A stretch of DNA of 64,000 bases from Patescibacteria group bacterium (GTDB lineage Bacteria > Patescibacteriota > Patescibacteriia > Patescibacteriales > JBAZCA01): the NCBI GenBank assembly GCA_041661505.1, contig JBAZUF010000005.1, forward strand, positions 3,532 through 67,531, read 5' to 3'. Below, piece by piece: positions 53,707 to 62,667 of this stretch; the first letter of the stretch is position 1, and each line of letters starts with the position of its first letter. Made by a program: the position numbers and the translations under genes. A model generated the notes under the pieces. It was given only the letters and a program-made list of their open reading frames with translations, did not search any database and had not been told where the DNA came from.

Positions 53707-55725
53707 TTATCTCGTCATCCGAACATTGCTGCCGCCTCCGCCCAATATTCCGAATCCGCTCTGCTGGCCGGAAGTGGTAGTTTTAGCCGCCGTACCGGTA
53801 ATAGTTTTGGTAATAATTAAATCCCCTTCCGAAAGCCCTTCGGTAATTTCCGTATTAGCATCATTCGATAAGCCGGCCTGAACGTATTTTATTTCCGGCG
53901 TGTCGCTTGTTGTAATTCCACTGCTCCCGGAAACTTCTGTCGCACCTTTTAAAATTTCCACGTAGCTTAATCCGTTCGTGTCGGTTTTAATTGCCGTGTT
54001 CGGCACTAATAAAGCGTCCAATTTTTGGTCAGTGGTTATGGAGGCCGAAACGCTCATCTCCGGCTTGATCCGCGCGTCCTGGGTATCCAGGGCAATTTGG
54101 ACTGAATAATTAACCACTCCCGAAGTTACGGTCCCCACCCCGTCAACTTCCACTACGCTTCCGGTAATCTCCAGCCCGTCGATGGCATTAAAGGTTAAGG
54201 TAGCTTTTTGGCCAGTCTTAACTTTGGCCGCATCCACCTCGTTTAATGAAACTGTGGCCATTTGCTTATTGGTCACTATAGTCACTAAAGGGGTGGATTG
54301 GGATAACGAGGACAGGTCGCCCGGGTTTTGGTAAACCTTGGCCACCACGCCGTCAATCGGCGAAGTAATCGTCGCTTCTTTTAAATTTTCCAAAGCCGTT
54401 TGATAGCCGTTTCGCGCCTGGGTAATCTGGATTTTATAGCTCGCGATATCTACCGGCCGGGGAGCGGCCATTTTTAAATCATACGAAGCCTTTTGGCTTT
54501 CGTAAGAAAGTTTTTTGGTAGCGACGTCCGCCTGGGCAGACTGGATATTTTTGGCATTGTCTGACTGGGCCTGGGTTAAATTGCTCTTGGCCGTATCCAA
54601 AGCGGTTTTAGCGCTACCAACGCTTCCAGACTGGGAAATATCGGAAGATGTCTGGCTTAATTTGGCCGAGGCAATACTTTGCAAGGCTGTCTGGGCGGCG
54701 GAAATATTGGATGTAGCGGAGCTCTCCTGCGAAGTGACGGAAGTTTTTAGACTGGTAAGCGTCGCTTCCGGCAGATCGGCGGAAATTACCGAATTTATTA
54801 AAACCGTATAAACGTCCTGATCCATTTTTCTGGCATTTTGCAAAACCGCCGTAGAATCGGATAAAAGCGCTTCAATCTGGCTGTCTGTCCAATTGTTGGC
54901 GTTAACATTATAATCGGCTTGAAATTTATTGAAAGAATTGCGGGCGGCCTCGTAAGAATTCTGGGCAGTAACCAAGGTTTGGGGATTTACCGCTCCGAGC
55001 GAATTTTTATAGGTATTGGAAATATTGTTATAATCATTCATCCCAAGAATGCCGTCCATCAGAACTAAAGATGAACGAACCGCGGAATAAACGGAATTAA
55101 TCGTGGTTTTCGCGTCGACATAAGCATTATCCAAGTCAGAGTTCTTTGATACGCCGGTTATGCCTTGAGTGGCGACGGCATTATCATAATCCGCCTGCGC
55201 TTTAGTTAGGCTCGACTGGGTTTTGGCTAAATTTTGGTCAGCCGTAGTTTTCGCATTAGCTAAATTAGTTTGCGATTGGTCATAAGACAGTTTGGCCGAC
55301 TGGACGGATTTTAGGGCTACGGCCGCGTCCTGCGAAGTCGGCCCGGCCATTTTAAGATTATAGCTCGCCACCGCGGAATCGTAGGAGGCTTTGGCGTCTT
55401 TTAACGACTTCTGCAAGTCCTTGGAATCCAGCGTAGCCAAGACATCGCCAGTCTTAACGTTTTGGCCGGCTTTGACGTTGACAGTAAGAATTTTCGCGGA
55501 AATCTGGGGCTTTAAATCAAGCTGGTTAGTGGCCGTCACCTGGCCAGTGCCGGAAACCGAAGTTATTATCGCGCCCTTTTCCACTTTGCCGATAACATAA
55601 GCCGGCGGGGCGGCTGACGATTTATTGGAACCGAAATAATAATATCCTCCGCCGCCTATTACTATAACGATTATGGCCGTGATAATTTTATGCTGTTTTA
55701 TAATTGCCGGAATTTTGATTTTCAT
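53707..55725 (-). CDS. HlyD/MacA-family periplasmic adaptor (membrane fusion protein) with an unusually long alpha-helical hairpin
   Basis: N-terminal TM. Lipoyl half-motifs are ..ISAKILTVNVKAGQNVKTGDVLATLD and, near the end of the hairpin, ITSPIDGVVAKV. A beta-barrel and membrane-proximal domain follow. Between the lipoyl halves lie ~350 aa of S/T/A/Q/N-rich coiled coil bracketed by ASYNLKMAGP and ASYDLKMAAP. Confidence 0.85.
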   Translation of the reverse strand: MKIKIPAIIKQHKIITAIIVIVIGGGGYYYFGSNKSSAAPPAYVIGKVEKGAIITSVSGTGQVTATNQLDLKPQISAKILTVNVKAGQNVKTGDVLATLDSKDLQKSLKDAKASYDSAVASYNLKMAGPTSQDAAVALKSVQSAKLSYDQSQTNLANAKTTADQNLAKTQSSLTKAQADYDNAVATQGITGVSKNSDLDNAYVDAKTTINSVYSAVRSSLVLMDGILGMNDYNNISNTYKNSLGAVNPQTLVTAQNSYEAARNSFNKFQADYNVNANNWTDSQIEALLSDSTAVLQNARKMDQDVYTVLINSVISADLPEATLTSLKTSVTSQESSATSNISAAQTALQSIASAKLSQTSSDISQSGSVGSAKTALDTAKSNLTQAQSDNAKNIQSAQADVATKKLSYESQKASYDLKMAAPRPVDIASYKIQITQARNGYQTALENLKEATITSPIDGVVAKVYQNPGDLSSLSQSTPLVTIVTNKQMATVSLNEVDAAKVKTGQKATLTFNAIDGLEITGSVVEVDGVGTVTSGVVNYSVQIALDTQDARIKPEMSVSASITTDQKLDALLVPNTAIKTDTNGLSYVEILKGATEVSGSSGITTSDTPEIKYVQAGLSNDANTEITEGLSEGDLIITKTITGTAAKTTTSGQQSGFGILGGGGSNVRMTR

Positions 55726-55875
55726 CTTTTTTAATTTCTATTAATGATTATTCACGTTATGCGTAATCCATTATTTTTCCATTAAAGCCTCTGGTTCGGT
55801 ATAATAACAATAACTTTCTTGGGAAAGAAAGCTATTGTCAAAATTTTAATTGTTAATTCTTTTTTCATATTAATC

Positions 55876-56373
55876 CTACTGGTTGGCCGCCTGGTTTTGC
55901 CCCATTATCCCATTGCCGCCCATTGGCCCAAAACCCATCATTCCCGCGTGTCCTTCGCCGCGCAGTTCTCCGTTTCCCAATCCCAAAGATTCAAGTTTGT
56001 CATGGGCTTGTTTCATTAAATTGTAGGCGTCAACGTAAGTCTGGAAGTTGCCTTGGTTAATTTTTTTGGCAATCGGGCTATTAGCGCCAACAGCCGCTAC
56101 CCAGGCATTATAATCATTCGCCGCCAAGGCCTTATCTATGGCGTCGCGCTTAGCCTGCGCTTGCGCCTTATTGGCGTCCATCTTGGCTTTTAAATCGGCT
56201 TTTTCCTGATCGGTTAAATTGTTCCAATTATTTTTCCCGTGCATCATCTGGCCGATCTTTTTTACGCCGTTTGATACCGGGTTATCGGTTCCGGCGGCGT
56301 AAACCGGAAGGGCGGACAAAACGGCCAAGCTCAAAAGAGCTAAAGAAGAGATTGCGATATATGGTTTTTTCAT
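55876..56373 (-). CDS. secreted helical protein with Met/Gly-rich C-terminus, unknown function
   Basis: I place the start at ATG 56373 (MKKPYIAISSLALLSLAVLSALPVYA signal peptide). It has a helical Lys/Ala/Asp-rich core and the C-terminus GEGHAGMMGFGPMGGNGIMGQNQ. It is the last gene of the ECF sigma operon. Confidence 0.7.
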   Translation of the reverse strand: MKKPYIAISSLALLSLAVLSALPVYAAGTDNPVSNGVKKIGQMMHGKNNWNNLTDQEKADLKAKMDANKAQAQAKRDAIDKALAANDYNAWVAAVGANSPIAKKINQGNFQTYVDAYNLMKQAHDKLESLGLGNGELRGEGHAGMMGFGPMGGNGIMGQNQAANQ

Positions 56374-56383
56374 GGTGTGGTTG

Positions 56384-56417
56384 CCCCTCCTTTGGTGCTG
56401 GCTCTCCAAAGGAGGGG
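56384..56417 (-). promoter_or_regulatory. perfect 12-bp hairpin sequestering an SD-like AAGGAGGGG just upstream of the 56373 start codon
   Basis: 56384-56395 CCCCTCCTTTGG and 56406-56417 CCAAAGGAGGGG are exact reverse complements with a 10-nt loop. On the mRNA this reads 5'-CCCCUCCUUUGG-AGAGCCAGCA-CCAAAGGAGGGG-CAACCACACC-AUG. No U-tract follows. Confidence 0.6.
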
Positions 56418-56486
56418 ATAAATTAATTGTTAATAGAGATCTAGCTAGAGGGGGCTCCCTTGCAGTTAAATACGCAGGACCGAAGA

Positions 56487-57296
56487 TTATTCTTCAAATC
56501 TCTCATCCAGCTCCCTAAAGCCCTCCATCCCCCGCGGTCCCGGCGGCATCAGCATCCCTTCCTTGGGAAATCCCCGGAAAATTCCCCTTCCTGAATTCAA
56601 AGGAAGGATTTCGATGGCCTTGAATTCCTCGCCGGAAATTTCTTCTCCAATAACGCGGATCGGGCGGCCGATCATTATTTCAACCCCCCAGTCATTTTTT
56701 GCCCCTTGGGTGAATAGCCGCCATTCCTTTCTTCTTATATCAATTACATCGTACACATCGGCCTTCTCTTCGCCTAAGACTAGTCCAATCAGCCGGCCGT
56801 CTTCGGGATGGGACCAAAAACCCAGATGGGGATTTATTACTCCGCCATAAAATCCGTAAGGAGTGTTCTGGCTGATAAGGTCGTCCATCTCTTCTGCGAG
56901 TCCAAACTTGTGGAATGCCGCTCCCAATCCGGCGGACAGGATGACCGCTCCTCCGATTATAACCAAAACCGGGTAACGGTAGCCTTTTTTTGTTCTTTTG
57001 AAGTCATAAAAAACCAAAAAAGTCAGGCTGATTAAAAGCGCGAGCCAAAAAACCGGCAGGGCGATAAATAAATATTGGAGCGGCCAGCGGCCCAGCCTCT
57101 GGTAAACCCCCCATTCCGAAAACTGGGAGAAAAAAATCATGAGGGAAAAAGAAAACGCCCCGACCAAAAGCAAAGCCAGCCCGGCTATCCAGATTGCCAG
57201 TTCGCGAAAAACAAAATGCCACCGCGGTATCGGCGATATTTTTTTATCCTTGATCGAGTCAAGGAGCTCTTTGTCAAAATTATTGTTTTCTAGCAT
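56487..57296 (-). CDS. 4-TM membrane protein co-transcribed with the ECF sigma factor (possible anti-sigma / sensor)
   Basis: 269 aa with four hydrophobic helices in the first 130 aa, then a soluble ~140-aa domain. It starts 40 nt downstream of the sigma gene. No HxxxCxxC zinc anti-sigma motif, so the anti-sigma role rests on position only. Confidence 0.6.
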   Translation of the reverse strand: MLENNNFDKELLDSIKDKKISPIPRWHFVFRELAIWIAGLALLLVGAFSFSLMIFFSQFSEWGVYQRLGRWPLQYLFIALPVFWLALLISLTFLVFYDFKRTKKGYRYPVLVIIGGAVILSAGLGAAFHKFGLAEEMDDLISQNTPYGFYGGVINPHLGFWSHPEDGRLIGLVLGEEKADVYDVIDIRRKEWRLFTQGAKNDWGVEIMIGRPIRVIGEEISGEEFKAIEILPLNSGRGIFRGFPKEGMLMPPGPRGMEGFRELDERFEE

Positions 57297-57335
57297 ACGC
57301 TTTGGCGTTAATAAATATCTTTTTTGAGCTATATT

Positions 57336-57920
57336 TCATAATTTAATATCCTGCCTCAATAATTCTTTTTTAAATTCCAATTTTGCCTTATTTAAAAGCG
57401 ACCCGACGGTTCCGATTGGTTTTTTCAAAATATCGGAGATTTCAGCGTAGCTTTTTTCCTCCAAAAATTTTAAAACCAGCGCCACGCGGTATTTTTCGTT
57501 TAGGCCATCCAGTATTTTTTCAATATTGTCTTTTATAATCTTATTGTCCATATCTTTCTTCAAGTCAAATTCAGAAACCAGCCTTTGCGCGATTTCATCC
57601 GAAAGCGGGTAAGAATAGCCTTCGGCCCGGGCTTTCAATTTTCGATGGCTGGAAATTACCTGGTTTCTTGCGATCATATAAATCCAGGACGAAAATTTTA
57701 AATCGGCGTCAAAGCCATTTAGATTCAAGTAAACTTTAAAAAAAATGTCCTGGAGCAGATCCTCGGCGTCCTCATCCGGCACATTGGTTATACGCTTGAT
57801 AAAATTAAAAATTTTCAGCTTGTATCTTTGAATGAGGTATAAAAAATTCTCCTGGTTTTCTAAGGACCGGATTACCAGCTCTTCGTCAGTTAACTTGCCA
57901 GCTTGTTCTAAATCCAGCAT
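57336..57920 (-). CDS. ECF-type sigma-70 family RNA polymerase sigma factor
   Basis: Region 2 is FLYLIQRYKLKIFNFIKR...AEDLLQDIFFKVY...F..WIYMIARN. Region 4 is EKYRVALVLKFLEEKSYAEISDILKKPIGTVGSLLNKAK. I prefer the start at ATG 57920 over the track start 58007. Confidence 0.88.
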   Translation of the reverse strand: MLDLEQAGKLTDEELVIRSLENQENFLYLIQRYKLKIFNFIKRITNVPDEDAEDLLQDIFFKVYLNLNGFDADLKFSSWIYMIARNQVISSHRKLKARAEGYSYPLSDEIAQRLVSEFDLKKDMDNKIIKDNIEKILDGLNEKYRVALVLKFLEEKSYAEISDILKKPIGTVGSLLNKAKLEFKKELLRQDIKL

Positions 57921-58040
57921 AAGCTCTTTATAATATAATACGGATGGCCAGGCTATTTTCTTCAATCTAGCGCCTTGCGGGCTATTTGGCAATCTAGTCT
58001 TTCCCAAGCGCTTATATTACATAGAGGGCTTGGCTTGACT

Positions 58041-58062
58041 ATAAAAGCCGCCTATAGGCGGC
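58041..58062 (-). terminator. rho-independent terminator after the ZIP transporter gene
   Basis: GCCGCC-TATA-GGCGGC (perfect 6 bp, 58047-58062) is followed on the minus strand by TTTTAT. Confidence 0.55.
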
Positions 58063-58088
58063 CGGAAAACACTGCCACGTTAAAATTT

Positions 58089-58814
58089 TTAAGCCGCCCG
58101 GCTGACCAGATAGACAAAAGCCACTCCCAGCACCGTCAGAACTATCAATTTCGGCGAGCTCTTGTTCGAATGGGCTTCGGGAAGGATGTCGCTCGCCCCT
58201 ATATATAGCAGAAACCCGGCGAAAAACCCTAAATACAATACGAGAAAATGAGAGGAAAAACTAATAACTAAAGTCGTAGCCGCGCCCAAAATCGGCGCCA
58301 AAGCGTCTAAAAGCAAAAACCATTTGGCTTTTCTTTCGCTATTTTTATTGGCGAGCATCAAGGTAACGGTGTTCATGCCGTCGGTAAAATCATGGGAGAT
58401 TACGGCGATGGCGACCAGAACTCCAACGGCCGGATTAACCTGAAATCCTAACCCAATACCGAGCCCATCCATAAAGCTATGCCCGGCCAAAGCCAAGGCG
58501 CTTAAAACCCCGACGTGGGGATGCTTATGGCAGGCATAGCAGTCTTCCTGGGCGTGGTGGATAAGAATGGTTTTTTCCAAAATATGAAAAACCAAAAACC
58601 CGATAACGAGCGCCGTCATCACCTCAAAGGAATCAAAATTATTAATCCTCACCTGGTCGATAATTTCAGGGAAAATATCAAAACTAACTACGCCCATCAA
58701 TACCCCGGCGGAAAAAGCCATGATGTAGTGGAGCTTGTCCTTGAATTTCACGGCAAAGAGGCCGCCGGCTAGCGTCGAAAAAAAAGTCGCGAGTGAAAAT
58801 AAGACTACTGGCAT
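58089..58814 (-). CDS. ZIP-family divalent metal (zinc) transporter
   Basis: 241 aa with 8 TM helices. There is a His-rich loop (HHAQEDCYACHKHPHVG), and HSFMDGLGIG / ISHDFTDG match the ZIP/ZupT metal-site helices. Confidence 0.85.
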   Translation of the reverse strand: MPVVLFSLATFFSTLAGGLFAVKFKDKLHYIMAFSAGVLMGVVSFDIFPEIIDQVRINNFDSFEVMTALVIGFLVFHILEKTILIHHAQEDCYACHKHPHVGVLSALALAGHSFMDGLGIGLGFQVNPAVGVLVAIAVISHDFTDGMNTVTLMLANKNSERKAKWFLLLDALAPILGAATTLVISFSSHFLVLYLGFFAGFLLYIGASDILPEAHSNKSSPKLIVLTVLGVAFVYLVSRAA

Positions 58815-59479
58815 GAAGCTGGTTTTCTTGAATAATCAAAATCCTTGGCAAAAAAATACTTGGCCAGGGCGTAAATGCTGTAAGTTATAAACGGGGCGGC
58901 AAAGACATCAATAGAATAATGGACGTGGGCTAAAAGTACGCTGGTTCCTAAAATAAAAGAAATTGCGATGAAAGTATAGCGCCAAATTTTTTCCGGCCAG
59001 AAAACGAGCGCCATTAAGAGAGGCATGCCTGTGTGGCCGGAAAAGAAAAAATCATTGGTATTGTTATAAAGCAAATTGAATAAGCCAAAGCCGAAGCTCT
59101 GGTTGTCTAAGGCTAAAGCGTCTGGCGAATAGCCCAGATGCGTCAAACTGATAAAGAACGACCGGGTGACTAGAAAAATCGAAAAGGCTTTGATGCCGAA
59201 GCAAAAATACTTAGGCTTATAAAAAAACAGGAAGATGCCTATGAAAGTGGCGGCCAGCGCGCCCTGGATGATAAAAAAATCAACGTCAACGGTCGGCAGG
59301 TTATTTAATAATACGTCGCTTACCGCTACGCCGTTAATTCCGCTTACATAAGTATCCGCTGTCTTTTGGACTACTAAAGCGACTAAAAGATAGCCCAAGC
59401 TCGAAATTACGGCTGGCAGGTTCTCCCGGGTCCAAAAGCTTTTGCTATTCGCGTGGAATTCTTTAAAAATTTTTCTCAT
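58805..59479 (-). CDS. PAP2-superfamily membrane protein (PAP2_C / sphingomyelin-synthase-like)
   Basis: 6 TM helices. FFSGHTG (C2 motif) and HYSIDV (C3 motif HxxxD) sit in the expected spacing. It overlaps the ZIP gene start by 10 nt. Confidence 0.7.
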   Translation of the reverse strand: MRKIFKEFHANSKSFWTRENLPAVISSLGYLLVALVVQKTADTYVSGINGVAVSDVLLNNLPTVDVDFFIIQGALAATFIGIFLFFYKPKYFCFGIKAFSIFLVTRSFFISLTHLGYSPDALALDNQSFGFGLFNLLYNNTNDFFFSGHTGMPLLMALVFWPEKIWRYTFIAISFILGTSVLLAHVHYSIDVFAAPFITYSIYALAKYFFAKDFDYSRKPASCQ

Positions 59480-59524
59480 TTTTTTGGCTCTAAATCCGCC
59501 GCGGATCCTTTGGCGCCAAGCCGG

Positions 59525-59992
59525 TTATTTTATGTCCGAAAAATCTTTCAGCTCGTTCCATCTTTTTTCCATCTTTACCGCGTCTTTATCATCCATGAAT
59601 TTTCCGTATTGCGAGTGCGTCCTCTCAATCCTCTTTTTATACCGGATTGGGCACCAGAAGCGTTCAGTCCTGGCGCCGATTTCGTACGCGTATCGGACCA
59701 GGTTATTGAAATAACCGCAGTAATAGCAATTCATTTTCTGCAGCCAGTTCAAATAGGGCCAAAGCTGGCGGTCATGAATGAAATAGTCTTCGCTTTTTAC
59801 TAAAGGAATGCCGTAGATCCGAAAGCAAAACTGCTGGTAGATTTCCAGGCAGATGTGGAAAAAAGCTATTGGTACGATCATGCCGTAAATCACCGGCATT
59901 GAAATAAGGTAGCCCCAATTTACCCTGGAAAAAAGCACGCTTTTCGGCCTGGGCAAAAATCTTCCAAAATTTTCCAATGCGTTAGGCAGCAT
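59525..59992 (-). CDS. hypothetical membrane-associated protein
   Basis: 155-aa intact ORF with one or two hydrophobic helices and a Cys/aromatic-rich stretch (CYYCGYF...FWCPIRY). No family recognised. Confidence 0.55.
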   Translation of the reverse strand: MLPNALENFGRFLPRPKSVLFSRVNWGYLISMPVIYGMIVPIAFFHICLEIYQQFCFRIYGIPLVKSEDYFIHDRQLWPYLNWLQKMNCYYCGYFNNLVRYAYEIGARTERFWCPIRYKKRIERTHSQYGKFMDDKDAVKMEKRWNELKDFSDIK

Positions 59993-60054
59993 ATTCTTAA
60001 TCCTTAAATTTAACTATGTTTATTATTACATAAACAAGTTAAATCGTCCATTAA

Positions 60055-60088
60055 GAAAAATTGCCCCTGTAAATTGGGGCGGTTTTTT
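60055..60088. terminator. candidate terminator hairpin between pyrC and the upstream-region gene
   Basis: GCCCC-TGTAAATT-GGGGC (extendable by two G-U pairs on the + strand) is flanked by A5 on the left and T6 on the right. It lies downstream of the pyrC stop (60134) on the minus strand. Confidence 0.4.
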
Positions 60089-60133
60089 CCTGTCTCGCCA
60101 TCCGGCGATAAATAATAAATAACCGGGTCGGGA

Positions 60134-61171
60134 TTAAGCAGTTCTCCACTTAAAAGTTTCCCCGCCCCGGAACACCTTAACGTTCCCAACCATCTCCGGC
60201 GCTGCCCAGTCCTCTTTTATTAATTCCAGACTGCCGGTATTTAAAGGCATCCCGTAAAACTCCGCCCCAAATCTCGAAACAAAGTCTTCCAGTTTTTCCA
60301 GTTTCCCTTCTTTTTCAAAAATTTCCGCCAGTCCGGGTAATGCTACGGGCGCGGTAAAAATTCCCGCCGGCGGGTTATCGCTTTGTTTTTTTTCAATCGG
60401 GTGCGGGGCTGAATCCGAGCCGAAGAAGAATTTCGAATTGCCGCTCGTCATCGCCTCAATTACAGCCTTGCAATCGTCGTCAGTCTTAGCCACCGGCATA
60501 CAGTATTTAAAAGCGTCAATTATCTTCCCTTCTTTATTAATGACATCATCATAAATTACCACCGCGTGATGATAAGTTAAGCCGGCCGCTACGTTCGGCC
60601 CGGCCGCTTTCACGGCCTCAATCAGTTCTCTGGTAGATGCATGTTCAACGACGATTTTTAACCTGGGAAATTCGGAAATTATTTTTTTTAAAAACGGAAT
60701 AGCCCTATATTCGCGCTCCAAAAACGGTACGGGATCGCCATTTTCTTCGGCCGCCAACTCTACATGCATGCTAAAAACCATGCCCAGTTCTTCCGCCCGT
60801 TTAATAACCGGGTAATAATCTTTAAGTTCATGATAAGATATTCCGTAAGCTGAACCGGTTGAAGTTTGCCCCGGAATTAACTTCAAAATTTTTGCCCCGG
60901 CGGCAAACGCTTCTTCTAGTATTCCGGGTGTGGTTTTTTTTATGAGCATTACGGTCATAATCGGTTCGAACCCAGGCCCAGCCGCCCGCACGATTTCATT
61001 CCGGTATTTTACAACGTCTTCCGCCGCAACGATCGGCTCGGGTAAATTTCCCATGGCTACTGCCCTAGCGAAAACACCTTTTAAAGACGGCAAAACCACC
61101 TTTTCCATTTCCTCTCCCCTTCTCAAATGCTCATGAAAATCATCCGGTTTTCTTATTGTAATCTTGTCCAT
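60134..61171 (-). CDS. pyrC: dihydroorotase, class II (E. coli type)
   Basis: IRKPDDFHEHLRRGEEM..V.P...G.FARAVAMGNLPEP aligns with E. coli PyrC IRRPDDWHLHLRDGDML. Later blocks are LKLIPG, FSMHVE, VVEHAST and FFFGSDSAPH. Confidence 0.93.
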   Translation of the reverse strand: MDKITIRKPDDFHEHLRRGEEMEKVVLPSLKGVFARAVAMGNLPEPIVAAEDVVKYRNEIVRAAGPGFEPIMTVMLIKKTTPGILEEAFAAGAKILKLIPGQTSTGSAYGISYHELKDYYPVIKRAEELGMVFSMHVELAAEENGDPVPFLEREYRAIPFLKKIISEFPRLKIVVEHASTRELIEAVKAAGPNVAAGLTYHHAVVIYDDVINKEGKIIDAFKYCMPVAKTDDDCKAVIEAMTSGNSKFFFGSDSAPHPIEKKQSDNPPAGIFTAPVALPGLAEIFEKEGKLEKLEDFVSRFGAEFYGMPLNTGSLELIKEDWAAPEMVGNVKVFRGGETFKWRTA

Positions 61172-61225
61172 AAAACGTTAATCCTTAATTAGTCTAACTA
61201 CAGCCAAGACTGTCCGAATTTACGA

Positions 61226-62023
61226 CTATCGATATTTATTTATCTCATCCCTTAACTTCTTCGCTTCTTCTTTCGGGTTGTCGGAAAAAATTATCGCCCG
61301 CGAAGAATTGATTATGAGGCCCTTCTTTTCCGAATTCAGTCCGTATTTTATCCATTCATCAATACTTCCTCCCTGGGGCCCAAAACCCGGCGACAAAAAA
61401 GTCATATCCCCGGCAATCTGCCTTCCCTTTTTCATTTCTTCCGGATAAGTAACGCCCATTACCATCATGCAGTTCTCATTCTCATTCCAGTCGTTAACCA
61501 CATTCTCGGCCACGATTTGCCACAAGGGCTTGCCGTCAAAAACCAGGTCTTGAAATTCTCCGGCTCCTGGGTTGGAGGTCCGGACTAAGATAACGCAGAC
61601 CTTGTCTTTGCGATTAAGGATTGGCTGAAGCGACTCTTTACCCATATACGGACTGACCGTCAGGGCGTCGGCGCCCAGCCAGTCGTAAGTCGCTTTTAAA
61701 TAGCCTTTATTGGTATTGCCGATATCGCCGCGCTTACAGTCCACGATTATAAAAACATCCGGATATTTTTCCCGCGCGTAATCAATGGTCATTTTCAATT
61801 CCCTTAATCCCTGATCGCCCCGCTCTTCGTAAAAAGCATTATTTGGTTTAAAAACCGCCGCGTATTCATGGGTTTCGTCCATGATATATTTATTAAATTC
61901 AAACTGGGGATTTTCTTTTCTTTTAAATTTCTCCGGCAATTTATCAAAATCCGGATCCAAGCCGACTGATAAAAGCGAATTCGCCTTGTCCATTCTTTTA
62001 TTCAATTTGTCTATGATATTCAT
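61226..62023 (-). CDS. pyrF: orotidine 5'-phosphate decarboxylase (type 2)
   Basis: Contains LSVGLDPD, FKPN.AFYE, DCKRGDIGNT and SPGFGPQGG. Confidence 0.9.
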   Translation of the reverse strand: MNIIDKLNKRMDKANSLLSVGLDPDFDKLPEKFKRKENPQFEFNKYIMDETHEYAAVFKPNNAFYEERGDQGLRELKMTIDYAREKYPDVFIIVDCKRGDIGNTNKGYLKATYDWLGADALTVSPYMGKESLQPILNRKDKVCVILVRTSNPGAGEFQDLVFDGKPLWQIVAENVVNDWNENENCMMVMGVTYPEEMKKGRQIAGDMTFLSPGFGPQGGSIDEWIKYGLNSEKKGLIINSSRAIIFSDNPKEEAKKLRDEINKYR

Positions 62024-62073
62024 ACTGAAATTTTAGTTTATAATTTTCTAATATCCCGATATATTCAGGCTCA

Positions 62074-62658
62074 TTATGCTGGTTTATTAATCTCACCTGC
62101 ATCCAGCGCCTCAAAAATTTTTTCCACGAGTTTAGCCGGATCTTCTTCGATAACAATTTTCACTTGGCTGGGTTTTTCGGTGGTTTTCGTAAAATTTATT
62201 AAGTATTCGTCTACCACTCCGCCCGAACCTTTTAAAAATCCGATTACATTTCCTGCTTCGCCGTCGTCATACAAAATTGTAAATTCGTTCATAGTTCCGG
62301 TCCGGCCGGAAATAAAAATACCGGCGTCGCAAGTCCGGCAACTAATCATGTTTCTTCCCTTTTGGCCCATGCCGGTAAGAACAAGAATATACGGCTCTAC
62401 CGGATTTTTGTATTTGTCAACATGCTCATCCAGGCTAATGGCCGGAGAAAACCCGATATTCATTCCGCCTTCTTCGGCCGCTCCCATCGCCGCCTCATAA
62501 GGCAGGCCGCGGGTCGCTCCGGAAATTAGAATCCCGCCTCTTTTAGCAATTTCCTCGCCGATTTTCCTCGCTAACGGCTTTAACTCTTCCACATTAGATC
62601 CGGCCGCCGATCCAAAAACGCCGATTTTAAATTTTTTTGAAAAATTTTCGGTACTCAT
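62074..62658 (-). CDS. TIGR00725 / LOG-like (SLOG superfamily) Rossmann-fold protein
   Basis: KIGVFGSA...A..IGEEIAKRGGILISGATRGLPYEAAMGAAEEGG..IGFSP....TG.G..GRN.I....D.GIFISGRTGTMNEF matches the family pattern GG..G.M.A...GA...GG..IG..P...GG.GT..E. Confidence 0.7.
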   Translation of the reverse strand: MSTENFSKKFKIGVFGSAAGSNVEELKPLARKIGEEIAKRGGILISGATRGLPYEAAMGAAEEGGMNIGFSPAISLDEHVDKYKNPVEPYILVLTGMGQKGRNMISCRTCDAGIFISGRTGTMNEFTILYDDGEAGNVIGFLKGSGGVVDEYLINFTKTTEKPSQVKIVIEEDPAKLVEKIFEALDAGEINKPA

Positions 62659-62667
62659 AATTTATAC

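Noticed and set aside
57965-58001. Direct repeat CAATCTAG ... CAATCTAG (29 nt apart) upstream of the ECF sigma gene as an ECF promoter or operator.
   Set aside because: There is no GAAC/CGT-type ECF -35/-10 pair in register. An 8-nt repeat in AT-rich DNA can arise by chance. If the gene starts at 58007 the repeats would lie inside coding sequence.
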